The notes beneath the pieces were generated by a model. It was given only the letters and a program-made list of their open reading frames with translations, was not told the origin of the DNA and did no database searches. DNA of 64,000 nucleotides, from NCBI GenBank assembly GCA_965644265.1, contig OZ286462.1, positions 28,954,001 through 29,018,000 of the forward strand, given 5' to 3'. The translations under genes were made by a program, and so were the position numbers. Every line of letters begins with the position of its first letter. Positions within the stretch are counted from its first letter, which is position 1. The DNA is from Glycera tridactyla. Taxonomy: Eukaryota. Shown piece after piece: positions 38,609-51,067 of the stretch.

Positions 38609-41600
38609 TACATGTATTTGTTTTCTTTGATCGGGGACTAAGTACATTGGGTATTTATCTTCAGTCAGTTCGTGGTAACAGAATTGATAGTTGAGAGATC
38701 ATATAGGTGCAGAGTGAGTGTGTACTACAAGTATGTGTGCATCTCAAGTCCGGCACCACGCCAGACGAGGTGTCAGTGAAGCATAGAGTATAGATACGGA
38801 GTTACCTCAGAGTATACAAACAATTGATATATTACCTTTGCTGACAAATCACCAAGACTTGCCGTGTTTGACAAGATTTCGTCGCAAAAATCACTATTTC
38901 CCGCAGAATTTTGAAGGGAGTGTAGTAAATAATCCATGGTCATTGGCTAAAAACAAATAAAATGCAAGTTTTCAATTAAGTATTTAAGTCGGCATTAATA
39001 CATTACGTTTGATTGTGCAGCTAAGTGTTTCTAATTTGAGGTTCAATAAATACCATCCACCATGTAGTTTATATAATCAGCCTTAAGCATACTAGACTAC
39101 TTAATAGTCAATTACTAGTGACTACATCTAACCATCATTTCCCATCACCAGACTACATAGATAGGCAATCATAAGAAGAGCATATTGCTGCTGAATAAAA
39201 TCTCCACATCAATGTATTATCATCCAAAAGTTGAGATCTCATTCTGTAACAATATGCTCAATTTTTGTACCACAGATAAGATAGAATTGATTTCTTTTCA
39301 GCTTGTCAAATAACACCCATGAGCTGTTCCATATCCATGGGTATCACTGACAATGCCTCATGAGTCAAACACAAAGATATGGTTATATGTGGTACAAAAT
39401 CAAGATGCGCTACCCTCTGGGAACACATGTTCATGTGCATTACAGCTGTACTTCCTGTGAATAAATGAAAGAATAAAATGAAAATGTAGGATTAAAATGA
39501 TGATTTGGGCAACTGAATCAAATGCATCCTGTGTGAATTGAGATGCAGGAACAGTTACAATCCAGCCAGCCTTTGGACCTAGGGGTCAGCAAACCTAGAA
39601 ATTGAAAATTGTGGAAATCTTAGTCATCAGGAATGTTATATACCAAAAGAGAAACGAAACATGATAGTATCTCTTGCTTCATGTTCAAGGAAGCATTTCA
39701 ACCAGCGATTCCAATCACCAGGGACAACCAATGGACCACCACATGAGTGTGGGTGACAGGTAATAAATGAAACACAAAGGTTGGTGAAATGCAAAACAGG
39801 TAGGGAAAGTAATGATTTTTCCCAGTAATATCAAGAACTACTGTGAGTAATATCCAGTACATTGTGATGATAATGAATCTGATGACAAATGTTACATTGA
39901 TAGCAGGATGTCGAGAGGGATACTGAGGAGCTATAGTACATACTGTCACAGTCCAGGAAGCATCCTGCACATCATCACGGACAGCTGTACACCGAAACCA
40001 AAACAAGAACTGTGGTCTCGCAACCTACATGAACCAGGACCTCATACATAAGCCGCTGACAAACCAAAACAAAAATGAAACCCAGACTAACCTGACAGTA
40101 CAGTGTCTTTACTGTACTGCACATCAATGGTGATAGGGACTGAATGACCAAGTTGATGGTTATTCTGATTAACTAAATGGCCAAGGTTGGCAAGCTGCGA
40201 TCATGTGGGCAGTCTCAGGTGAAGACCTTGATGAACTTCAAACAATTCATATCGAATCACTACAGCTTGGAATGTCCTGGGCTCATCCCACATTTTCTAG
40301 CTACGCAAGTGTCCCGAAATATGAGGAAGGGATGGTGAGAGAAAATCTAATGTTGCAATGAAACTTACAATTGCGGAATGTTGAAACATGATGACTAATG
40401 AACACGGATAATTGCTGGCTACTGGGGGAAGGTTGTTGGGGTAGGGGGAGGTCAAAAGCTACCTGGCTCAGGAAGTAGAGATGGACAGCTCAGTTGGTCA
40501 AGAAATAATCAGTGTTAATATCTATGGTAAGTTATCAGAGATCAGAGATCCAGCCAACATGCTAAGAGAGGCCTAAGATCACATTGAGCTATGGGCCAGT
40601 GTACACATCAGTGAGGGGGGGGGGGGGGGGGGGTATCTCATTACTGTCCATCCACTCATGTTACTTGATGAACAGGACAATGAGAGAAGAGCATGAATTT
40701 ATCGCAAAAAGCTCAATTCCCCATATCTGCAAATTTTCTTGGAAGTGAACGAGCTTGTGTGGCCGATAAACAAAAAATATAATGGGCCATATTTCAAAAT
40801 AATGAGCTTTCTCCGGTATGTCCATGGCCAACAGCGATGAGAATTCTGGGCCTGCTGGATCATAATAGGCAATATTTGATGACCAAAAGGGCAGAAACCG
40901 TGGTGTTGAATTATTCCTCAACAGTGATGACACATTCATGGAATGTCCGATTGGCAATATGGCAGAACTGCGTAGTCTTCGAACTTAGGACTGTGCTTCA
41001 GACGGCAGACTGAGAGAGAGGCAGGTGTGCTTCTGCTGCCGCAGCGCAGACACAGACTGTCTCCATGATTGTGCCGGCGTGCACACGACTGCTGAACTTT
41101 TTCTGACCCCGCTTATCTGATGTCATCTCAGGACAGTCAATTCACAAGTGGACTGTCAAGGTTCGGTCTAAATCATCTTCCGCACCTCACAAAAACATCG
41201 GTATTACATTCAGCTCTTTCAATCGCCACCAAATCCAAACATGTAAGTACACATCCACCAAACAAGAACTTACTCTCAGACATACTCATAAGCTCAGTAT
41301 CAGAATTGATTCACCACCCCCCCCCCCCCCCCAACCCCCGGACTTTCAAGGATCTACAAAAGTGTACACAGCGCCATCTACGTCCACACCGTTCTTTGTG
41401 CATCCATCTTGTTGTGACGGCCGGACAACAATGAATAATGAAGTCCGCACACAATTTGCAGCAGGGACTGATTAATTCCTGCCTATGCCAACAAGATATG
41501 CCTGGGAATATCTACATTTTTTCAATGGTAATATCATAATGGGTGGCACCTTGCACATAGCCAGCATGTTTACATGCATATGCAGTCAATTGTCCAACTT

Positions 41601-42420
41601 GTAAGCAGAGCATCAGACAAAGAAAGGAGCGCCATCATCCCAGAACTTTCCTTCCCAAAATGAAACACCTTAACAAAAGGGAATCTCCATCTTTCATTCC
41701 TTATTCCAGATATCCTACTTGGCCCAATTCAGAATCACTGGCAAATCCAAACAATTCGATGGCCATTTTTACAGCATGGTGACAGCACCCAATGATGAAA
41801 TCATTGCAACTTCTCGAAGTTATAATGAACATAAGGCAAGCTAAAACCCAAGCTTAAAATATCACTCATAACTTAGAAATCTGTATGATGCACAGCCACA
41901 TTATGTGAAGATCGATTCATGATTTGCTCATTCATAGGAAACCTCTAATAGGATGAGGATTTTCTTGATGTGGGAAGACTGTAGCAGCACGCTTTGATTT
42001 CAGCAGAGCAAAGAGACAATAGCAATATATCTCACAGCATGAAATATATCACAGACATGATGTACTACCCCCCCCCCCCCCCCCCAACCACCACCAGCCA
42101 GTATTAAAGTACCTGCAGCAGGCAGCTAGTTGCCAGAGCAACACAAATGCCAACTTTATTTAGCCACAGTTTTTATTCCTTTCTTGATTCTGACATTTAA
42201 ATGCTTGTCCACAGCAAGCAGAATTTCAAATGGCAAGCCAATTCCATTCAGATTTACACCAACTGAAAACTAACAACGAAGGCATTTTGATCCATAGTGG
42301 AAACACTCAGTAGGAACATCTGCCTATGTTCCATACTAATATATTGACCCTCCTGTCATCAATTGAAACAGGTGATTTTCTGCCATGAATGTGTGATGAA
42401 ATCAATATAGAACCAAGATA

Positions 42421-42598
42421 CAGTGAAACCTGTCTTAGGAGACCCCTCTTTTGGGAGACCACCCTCTAATGGGAGAACGCTCTTTATTGGCTCTTCTCTA
42501 TTTGACATAGTCAAATATACCTCCAATGATAGACCACCTGTCTTGAGAGACCACTTTTCTTTGGCGTTTGGGGCAGTCTCCCAAAACAGGTTTTACTG
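42421..42598. mobile_element. 178-bp pogo/Tigger-like MITE
   Basis: TA|CAGTGAAACCTGT ... ACAGGTTTTACTG|TA; internal GAGACC(AC) repeats. Confidence 0.85.
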
Positions 42599-43090
42599 TA
42601 TAATGAGACCATATTCAACAGAGCAGGATTGGTGTGCGTGCACAAGTACGCACACACGCGCACATACACAGTTGCCATTTTTCTGCATACTCATGTTGTG
42701 TAATGAAGGGGCTTAGCTTCCTGGTACAAGGCACTTGGTCCTCCTCCACTGTATCTCAGATAAATGCCCAGCTGACACCCCACCCACCCACCCAAGCTCA
42801 GTGGGGTGCCCCCCCCCCCCCCCCCTTCAACAGCTTGATCCTACCAGTCAGTGGAGTGGACATATGGGTGGACAGGTGTTCATACATCCTGGATCTATTA
42901 TCCTACAGAAGGTAGCAGGGGCTTCGGTGGCATGGCAACATGCTGATTGCACGGGCTATCACCTCAGATTACTCCTCCAACATGGATTACCGCCTGTGTG
43001 CAGAGACCAACATCAATGTCTGTAGACACCCCCCACCCCCATCTCCCCCAACACAAACATGCACATATCTCACATCTGTCGCAAGTACTA

Positions 43091-43250
43091 CAGTGAAATC
43101 TGTAACATGAGAGCCCCCTGATAAAAGATCTCTAGTAGGACACTATTCTCTATGGGCAGCTTCCCTCTGCATACTAAGTTGAAAATGATTCTTCATACGG
43201 AATAGAATACACACCTGACATCTGTAGGTCTCTCACAGCAGATTTTACTG
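43091..43250. mobile_element. 160-bp diverged pogo/Tigger-like MITE
   Basis: TA|CAGTGAAATCTG ... CAGATTTTACTG|CA (right TA mutated). Confidence 0.65.
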
Positions 43251-45439
43251 CATCATTGGATGCAAAGAGTAAGAAGAGTGAAGTCAGTATCTTCATGTCT
43301 GAATGGGAGTATTCCCCTGCAGGGATAATTCGGGATTTCTGAGAAAATACTCTTGTATATTATAACTGTCAAAAGTATTCGATGATACTTCTAGATTGGT
43401 CCCCAAAAACTACTGCATTTCATTCCCATCACCAGGGAAATAGCAGTACTGGAAAAATAATTTTGGCGAGTAAAGAGCATGCATGAGCGAATCCACTACC
43501 ACTATCATAGTGTAACAAAGCGGCTAAGGATGAAAAAAGTACATGAAGCATCAAGCAAAATCTGGATCGAGCTGTATATTATCTCCCGCATGTCACTGCC
43601 ACTGAGATATATAATATATGAGAGGGCAGCCCACAGAGTGTCATTTCTAAATAAGGAAATACATGAACTCTCTCGCTAAGGTCCCGATAAACCGGAAGCG
43701 ACCATGGAGCAACATTAATTGATCTACTGCGATCCTATCCAACACCAACATCCTTGAGCTATTCAGGCCAAAACGGGTGTTGCTTATACAGGAAGAAAAC
43801 AGATTCCCAGACGTCAAATTGAATGCATCTAAGTCTCGATTCTCAGATGCATGACCAAGATACAGATGGTGATGAGAAAGATTAATGCAGGATTTAAGTT
43901 TAATCCTTATAATTTCTGTCTGTGTAACCAACATAAGAAGCTCCATGATCCATAAACTTGACCAGTTTCCTGCCTCTTCAGTTATACAACAATTCAAGCT
44001 AAAATTCAGGGACTCACCAAGGAATGATGTATGGAATTTGAAAGTAAACATATCACCAAAATTGAATTAATTTAAAATTGTTCCAAACGGTGCAATTGTC
44101 CCAAACGGTGCACAAAATATCTTCCCATAGAGGCAGCACTGCAAAGGATTTTTTCTGGAGAAATAATAGAGTAACTTGAAGTCTAGTGAAATAGCCACCA
44201 GGGCACCTGAGAAGCATTCCCAGTCAGTGGTCCACTAACTTCAAGCCTTCACTGAAACAATGAGTCAGTGTTTATTATGAGAGGCAGCTGGCAAAGTTCG
44301 GCCTTGATCATGGGCAGGGTGCTCTCAAGTGCACATCAGGTGTCTCCAGCCAGAAACAAAGCAATATCCCCCCTACCCTCCTCCAAGTATCAAATTCAGC
44401 TGAAACGGTGGAAGCTTTTAAGGCAAATATGATATGAGGAAAGCAACACACAGGAAACACTTCTAAGTTTGGCTTCAATTCCCATGTAGAAGACCTTGCT
44501 GCAACTGGATCCAATGCGGTGGGATTCCATTACTGGAAAGCGTCTTACTTAAGATTTGATTACTTCAAGCTTGGGATTCTATGTGGAATCAAAAACAAGT
44601 ATCCATGAAAATGTTCACAGCGGAATAAGATGTGTATCAATAAATCAAAAGCCACCAAAAATCTAAATATGTGATGATGTGTACTTTGACTAAAACACAG
44701 GGAATTTATCTAATTCTTTCATAGTTTGAAAGCTTTCCTGGCAACAAGAAAGGTTTTCAACCGACTCTTTTTGCTTGTCAAAGATTGGAGATGGAAAATG
44801 ATCACTATGAGGCTTCTTCAGAGGCACCGAAAAAAGGAACTTCTATAAACTCAAAGCAGAAAGAAATGACAGCAGGCAATGGATGAAATGGGATATTTCA
44901 GGGACCGAGTGCTGTCATTAACGGCGTGGCATTTGATACACATCTCAAAAAACTCAAGTTTGCAAGTTCCAACATGATCAGCAGGCCACCTCATGAAAAC
45001 AGCAGCTGCGTAGTTGGATCTCTGAAAATGTAGGTCAATACCCCACAGAACCATTTTTCTTGTTTTCCCAAATCCATGCCAACACATTTTCAATGTGGAT
45101 GAGCACTACAAAATGTAAATCCAACCGTCTCTTGTCTATGGTCTGCAGTGGCATGACGTTCCCACAAAATCAATGAATGAAGGTGCAGGTTTCTGAACCA
45201 TATATACAGGTATCACATTGAAGTAGCAACAGCCTGGAGAACCAATTATATGCAGATGAGTTCCAGCCAAATCTCGGAACTTGTGAAAATCACAATGAGT
45301 CAGAATTCCTGAATTTGGGGAAATTCCTTATATAATTCCCACAATTCATGAGCCTGAATCACAGAAAATTTCCTAGAATTGAGACGTCTTTAAAATGGGT
45401 CAGAGCAACCAATCACTACATACTTTCAGAGAACATGTA

Positions 45440-46130
45440 TCCAGAGTAGTCACCCCGAGCGAGTGTGGTAAAGGCCAACGATGTCATTAAATAAGGCGCA
45501 GTGTAGCATCTAGCAAGCACCGCGGATGCTAGTCATCGCTATTGCCAGAGATGCTCGCTGTCAATAACACCCGCGCTTACACGTGACTAACGAAGGCATA
45601 CCCCCACGCTTTCCCCAGCTGGCCTCTCACCAAATACACAAGCCACTCCATATTCGTACAAAGGGATAATCGCACCCCCTCCCCACTCTCTTCCTCTCAT
45701 CAGCTGAACAATTAAACACATCATTTCACCTCAATTTCCAAACAATGGGGAAGATGACAGCATCATTGACGCTTAACGAACATATTGAATATTGCCAGCA
45801 GTCGGCGTGGGGACTGCCCCAAGGTAAACACATGGCAATCCCCGAACACTATTGCAAGTCTCGACCTGCGAGTACATATATCACCCAACCAACGCTTTGG
45901 GTTTTTCACGTCTCCCGAACCGAATTAAATATGCAGACGTGGCTGGCTCCATATTTTATGACTGTCTCGTGCAGCTGCCAGATGCTCAAAATCACCTGTA
46001 GCTGACTGCGACGCGAGATACACGCACAAAGCCAGTCGGCGGGAAAACCCAATTTGTATCAGCACACACTTCCGAAACCCATCTTTGTCCAGGATGCTGC
46101 TAGCTGAAGCGCACAGTTTGTGCATCTGGC
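45440..46130. promoter_or_regulatory. CpG-enriched intronic island with E-box cluster (candidate enhancer or alternative promoter)
   Basis: CACGTG 45580-45585; CAGCTG at 45616, 45701 and 45972; locally high CpG; no repeat structure recognised. Confidence 0.3.
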
Positions 46131-47099
46131 TCCACTGCCTACCACCTGCTACACGTCATGGTCCACTGCACAAGTGACACCAAGGAGCAAGCTAATGATT
46201 CCAGGTGTGACAGGATGACAAAGTAGACAGGGGACAATCTATACTGGTTGTAAATACGTATAAACCAAGGTCTTATTTGCCACCAGTGTCAATGCCAACC
46301 TGCGATGAGAAAAAAATAGCGACACTAAATTTCAAAGGTCATGATGAAATACTTGCAATTGGCTCTGAGAAAAACATCCTCACCTTTCTTCAACACAAAA
46401 AATGTATGGAGAATCCAAAAATTGCCCAGATTTATCACTAATCCAGATTTGCTATGGTTGCAATACATGTACTAGGAAAATTCAACAGGGAATGCAAAAC
46501 TAGTGATAGCGGCCACCACGAAAATACTGATATTGAATTTGAATTGATATTGAGCTTAGCTCCAATCAGGGTGTCACTTTTTGCTTTGAGATCGTTATGC
46601 AGTCATAAGCTGTTAAAAAATTGGATGAATTGGAAAATGGCATGTACTCTTACAAGAAATAGTATGATTTATGAAAGTTACTCACAATTTGGTGGTATAT
46701 CTATATGCATCACTCCTTAATCCAATTGAAAATGGTCCAAAATCAACCCTTTTTTGGCGTTATAGGCTGCCATTTGAATTTAGGCTCAAGAATATGCCTC
46801 CTCAGTGATATTTTAGGAGGGTTTCACATGTACGGTCAATAATGACAAATTTTCGCAGGCTTCCTAGCTTGATTCATGTCTTCAAAGGAAGCAAATCCAT
46901 CCACTTCACACAGAATTATAGTAAATTTACAAAATGTTGTCCTCGTTATGCTTTTCCCGACAGATCATTCTCAGGGATGGATCATGAATAAATCCATGAG
47001 AAAATCACAGATCAAATTTCAAGTAACTCACCATTATGCACCACCCAAGTGCTTCTCTTCATCAAACACAATCAGACATAAATTGATATTTTGATATAT

Positions 47100-47850
47100 G
47101 GAGTGTAAGGAGGCTGAAAGTGAGGTGCTCACTTTCCGAAAAATTGTGTAGCGTCCGTAACACCCTTGCAATAGCTAGACATGTTTCTTTAGATTCATAT
47201 CTTTATACTATTTGTAGAGTGGTGTCTACGGGAAACAAATTTAGGCAGAAATTCTTGGATGTTTGCCATGTCAAAAGAAATGGGCAGCCGAAAACCTAAA
47301 AATGTAGCGTCCGTAACGCCCTGTAGCGTCCGTAACATTTTTGGTCTATTCCATTCTGGCATGTTTGCTGGTCATATTCCTGCTCTAATTTCAGTCCCAT
47401 CAGTATTGTGATGTGTTGTCTCTTGAAATTTCCAGCATTTTGACTTGTTGAATGACCTTGAGCTGTTTCAAGGTCACCTGAAGGTCAAAACAGTGAGTTC
47501 TTATTTCTCACATTCAGGAAGCTAGGAATGGATCAAAATATCAGCCAATGGACAGAAAAGCTCCTATCTATATTCACATAGGCTGTATGATTCTATTTGA
47601 AGCCACCCTGGAATATTACAAGGTCATCTGAAGGTCAGCATTACTGCAACATCCTTTGGTTGATGATACAGCCCAGAGATTCTGACATAAATTTGAGTCT
47701 CCAGAACACACGGCACAGATTGGGCCCATATGCACTGTTAGGGAGTGATCCCAAACATGGATTGAATGTGCTACTCCATGTCCCACCTATGAATGTCTAT
47801 TCTGATGAAATTAAAAAGGCTGAGGTGTCATAAAGTCATTCCGTAAAGAG
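47100..47850 (+). mobile_element. Repeat element with TGTAGCGTCCGTAAC motifs and TGACCTTGA/TCAAGGTCA pairs (arm or copy 1)
   Basis: 15-mer TGTAGCGTCCGTAAC at 47147, 47303 and 47322; inverted homologue at 50658-50702; boundaries approximate. Confidence 0.55.
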
Positions 47851-47949
47851 TTATCAAATTAGCCTACCAAAGAGGCCAGCATTTCAAATGATTGTCAATT
47901 CAGAATCAAGTAGCATGAGCCACCATCCTCCGCGTACAACGTGGAACAT

Positions 47950-48040
47950 ATTTATTCATTTATTTGTTTATTTATTCATTTATTTGATTATTCATTATAC
48001 AGGAACAGCACACACAAACCAGGTGCTTTCCAGTGTCCTG
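47950..48040 (-). mobile_element. 3' tail remnant of a LINE/SINE
   Basis: On the minus strand ...GCTGTTCCTGTATAATG is followed by an imperfect (AAAT/GAAT)n tail, as typical for L2/CR1-type 3' ends. Confidence 0.4.
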
Positions 48041-48531
48041 TTAGAGTCCATGCAATAGTGTAGATAACCTTTTGCTACTGCTTCATATTGTGATAAGTTG
48101 GAACTATCTGACAACCCATGCATTTGCATGATTTGAACTTATGTAGGGTGAGGGCAGAAGTTTGATGTGCATAAAAAATCAGACTACCCACGAATATTTG
48201 ACACAATGCCTGATTCTTATTCATCAGTCCTCCAATATCAGCCCTAGATGCCAGCATTAATGTTAATTTGTTACGCGCCATCAGCCGATAGTGCTGTGCG
48301 CACGAGCGATCGGTCGTTGGCGCCATGATCGATCGATCGCGCAACAATCAATGGATGGCAAGCCAATTGACAGATTTCATTCGCTATATACATTGATCTA
48401 TGAAGAAAACAAAATTCCCCATTGACTGTATATACAGCATCTTGATTTCAATGTATTTATGTCGTTAAATCTTGGCAAATGTCTCCAGCTGATAGTACCT
48501 CTCCATGAAAATAATTTGTACCTTTTATGTA

Positions 48532-49075
48532 CAGTCTAACCTGCTCTAGCGACCACCTCTGCATAGCGACCACCTTGCTTTAACAACCACCCCTGACCGC
48601 TACGGACATATTTTTTCCACTATATTTCACCTCTCTATACCAACCACCTATCGACTCCGACCAGCGACCGCCTTGTTTGGTCCGTGAACCTCCCTATAAC
48701 GACTACTCGCGTCCGTACCGAGCCCGGGATATGAGCTCAGACCAGTTCCCTGCTTGCATCCTAGCCACCCCCTTCTAACGAGGGATCATTGGTACCTGAG
48801 ACCGGGAAATGTGCTCAGCTTGCCCACACACTGCTCATATTCCACTAGGAAGTCGTCTTCTGTAACTGTCTAACGACCGCCTTGTGGCCGTACCCTGAGA
48901 CCGGGATTTTGGCTCAGCTCGCCTGCTCGCTGCTCACATCCTAGCCACCATCCCCTTTTAACGACCGCCGTGGATGACTGGAATTGTCTGTACCTGTGAT
49001 TTGTTCTCAGATCAGCTCACTTACTCGCTGCTCATATTCCGCGAGCAAGTCTTCTTGCAGCTGCCATCCTCATGC
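48532..49075. mobile_element. Left part of a pogo/Tigger-like element with internal tandem repeats (right TIR not found)
   Basis: TA|CAGTCTAACCTGCTCTAGCGACCACC; reiterated (A)GCGACCAC motifs; two roughly 170-bp related units (CTCAGC...GCTGCTCA(C/T)AT..CTAGCCACC). Confidence 0.55.
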
Positions 49076-49157
49076 TCGAATACGAATTGAGCAGTCAGAA
49101 TTGATACATGTCCAGAAAGATATGGAGTTAAACTTCACCATCTTCAAAAACGAAATA

Positions 49158-50202
49158 CAGTGAAACCTGTGATGAGCGACCACCCTAAAAAGCACGAAAA
49201 AGTGGTCGCTGGTCGCAGGTTAGATCAACTGGGCCCGGTCGCGAACACATGTATACATAGCAAATACTCCTAATATCTCCCACCAACCTTTCGCTGAAAA
49301 AGGATCGATAATCGACGAATGTTTCGCTAAATACACGCAAATCACCTGCAGAGATCATATATAGACTCCATTCTTATCAAAACCAGTGTTTTCATGAGGA
49401 AATATCGCCATTATTCGCCAGAAATGGTGAAGTTCGTGCGCTTTCGGCCACATCAAATTAATTGCGTAAAACCATGTTCTACGGGACAGCCACTTTCCAG
49501 CGAGGGAACCCCTAATCAAGCATAATTTATGCGGGTATCCCCGGTCTCCCAACACATTATTAATAACGAATCTGCGAACGATTATAAGCTTCAAAAACCA
49601 AATTCGGGCCAAATAGCCTAATACGATTAAAGATCGCCATTGACTCTGCTCAAAACGTCTTTATTGCTGAAAAATATGTGTTTCTGAAGCCGATTTTGTA
49701 GCCAATGCAACAATTCAAAGCCCGCCAATTTTCATCCTTCTCTTATGGGGCCCGTGTGTTTCGTCACGTGTTCATTGGAACTGATGCTTGCAGCGGAATA
49801 AACAATGAATATTTCGCAAAGAAATTGTTATGTACACATGATATCGCAGCAATGGCGACTTCTCGAGTGCTTCTTTGTGAGAGATACATCATAGAGGCGT
49901 GAACGACCGTACAATTGGCTTTGTCCTTGCGCAGCAAAGCATGTAATTGTGAAGTCGTGAGTAGTTTGTTCATACAGGGTGACCTGATTATCGCCTATTT
50001 CAACTTTGGTGTCAATGGCAGTTCGCCTCGAGTGGTCGTTCGTCGCAGGTAATCTGTACTATTCAGGCCAGTCGCTGGTCGCGTTAGACAGGTGGTTGCT
50101 CATCAGTGGTCATTTTAGAAGTATTTCGTATTTTGGCGGGAAAAACGGTCGTTGAAGACAGGTGGTCGCTCGCCGGGGGGTCGCTCGTGACAGGTTTCAC
50201 TG
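49158..50202. mobile_element. 1045-bp non-autonomous pogo/Tigger-like element
   Basis: TA|CAGTGAAACCTGTGATGAGCGACC ... GGTCGCTCGTGACAGGTTTCACTG|TA; subterminal GGTCGCT/AGCGACC repeats; no transposase ORF recognised. Confidence 0.8.
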
Positions 50203-50209
50203 TACATGG

Positions 50210-50710
50210 AAAATTGAGCTAGCGCCAAGCGCCAAAAAATTATGTTTTTACTATGGTGACAGATATGTGAGCCAAGTCGAGTGCATTTCTTGTATGAGCT
50301 ATGTACTATGTATTCTGATGTATTGAAGAATATGCAACCCTCAGAACTAATCCACAGATGGCCTCAAAACATACCAGGTGGTTTCAGGAGGATCTCCTAA
50401 GGGTATTTTTGATTCATGTCAATCTTCATATCTACCATATATGCTGGCGTAGTTTTCACCAAGAGATATGAGCCCAAAACGAGGGGGGTCCACTTATACG
50501 CCAGATTGACTCTTGATATATCATGCTAATGACCTTGAGATGACCTTGACATCACTCAAGGTCATTCTGCAATACACAATACTGGAAGGACTCATGACTC
50601 TGAACATCTGAATGGAACAAAGCAGGAATCTGAATGGCAGGCCAGTTAAGATGAGAGAGACCAAAAATGTTACGGACGCTACAGGGTGTTACGGACGCTA
50701 CAATTTGAAT
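50210..50710 (-). mobile_element. Inverted counterpart of the 47.1-47.8 kb element (arm or copy 2)
   Basis: 50658-50702 is the reverse complement of 47303-47347 at 44/45 identity; it also carries ATGACCTTGA motifs. Confidence 0.55.
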
Positions 50711-50994
50711 GTTGTGGTTGCTTTTCTTTTCTGGGGAGAGGGTGAGCAGAATCTTATAATCCACAGACAGGGTTCTTATCAGTCTCTGATCATCAGGATG
50801 CAAATTTGCATATAAATTTGTCTAGATACATTTTCTGAAACATGAGATCTAGAAAAATAGGGGATTTGAATTATGAACTTCAATGAAATTCCACAGAGAA
50901 ATTGAGTCATCATGAAGTTAAAGCTCATCAAACAACTATCTTGATGAGTGAACAATTTATGAAGATGAATTGAGTGGAAATAAGTTGTACAGGG

Positions 50995-51067
50995 AAGATT
51001 TCTGGGCCATTATCATGAAGAAATGGTCATGATACCCATTTTTTCATGATAGTGGCCCAGAAATCTT
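50995..51067. repeat. 73-bp near-perfect inverted repeat (32-bp arms, 9-nt loop)
   Basis: AAGATTTCTGGGCCATTATCATGAAGAAATGG / CCATTTTTTCATGATAGTGGCCCAGAAATCTT; 30/32 Watson-Crick pairs. Confidence 0.92.

Noticed and set aside
49355-49612. VLGDRGYP motif resembling the Harbinger transposase LLGDSGYP
   Set aside because: A single short motif inside a TA-flanked Tigger-like element, without other DDE motifs; probably chance.
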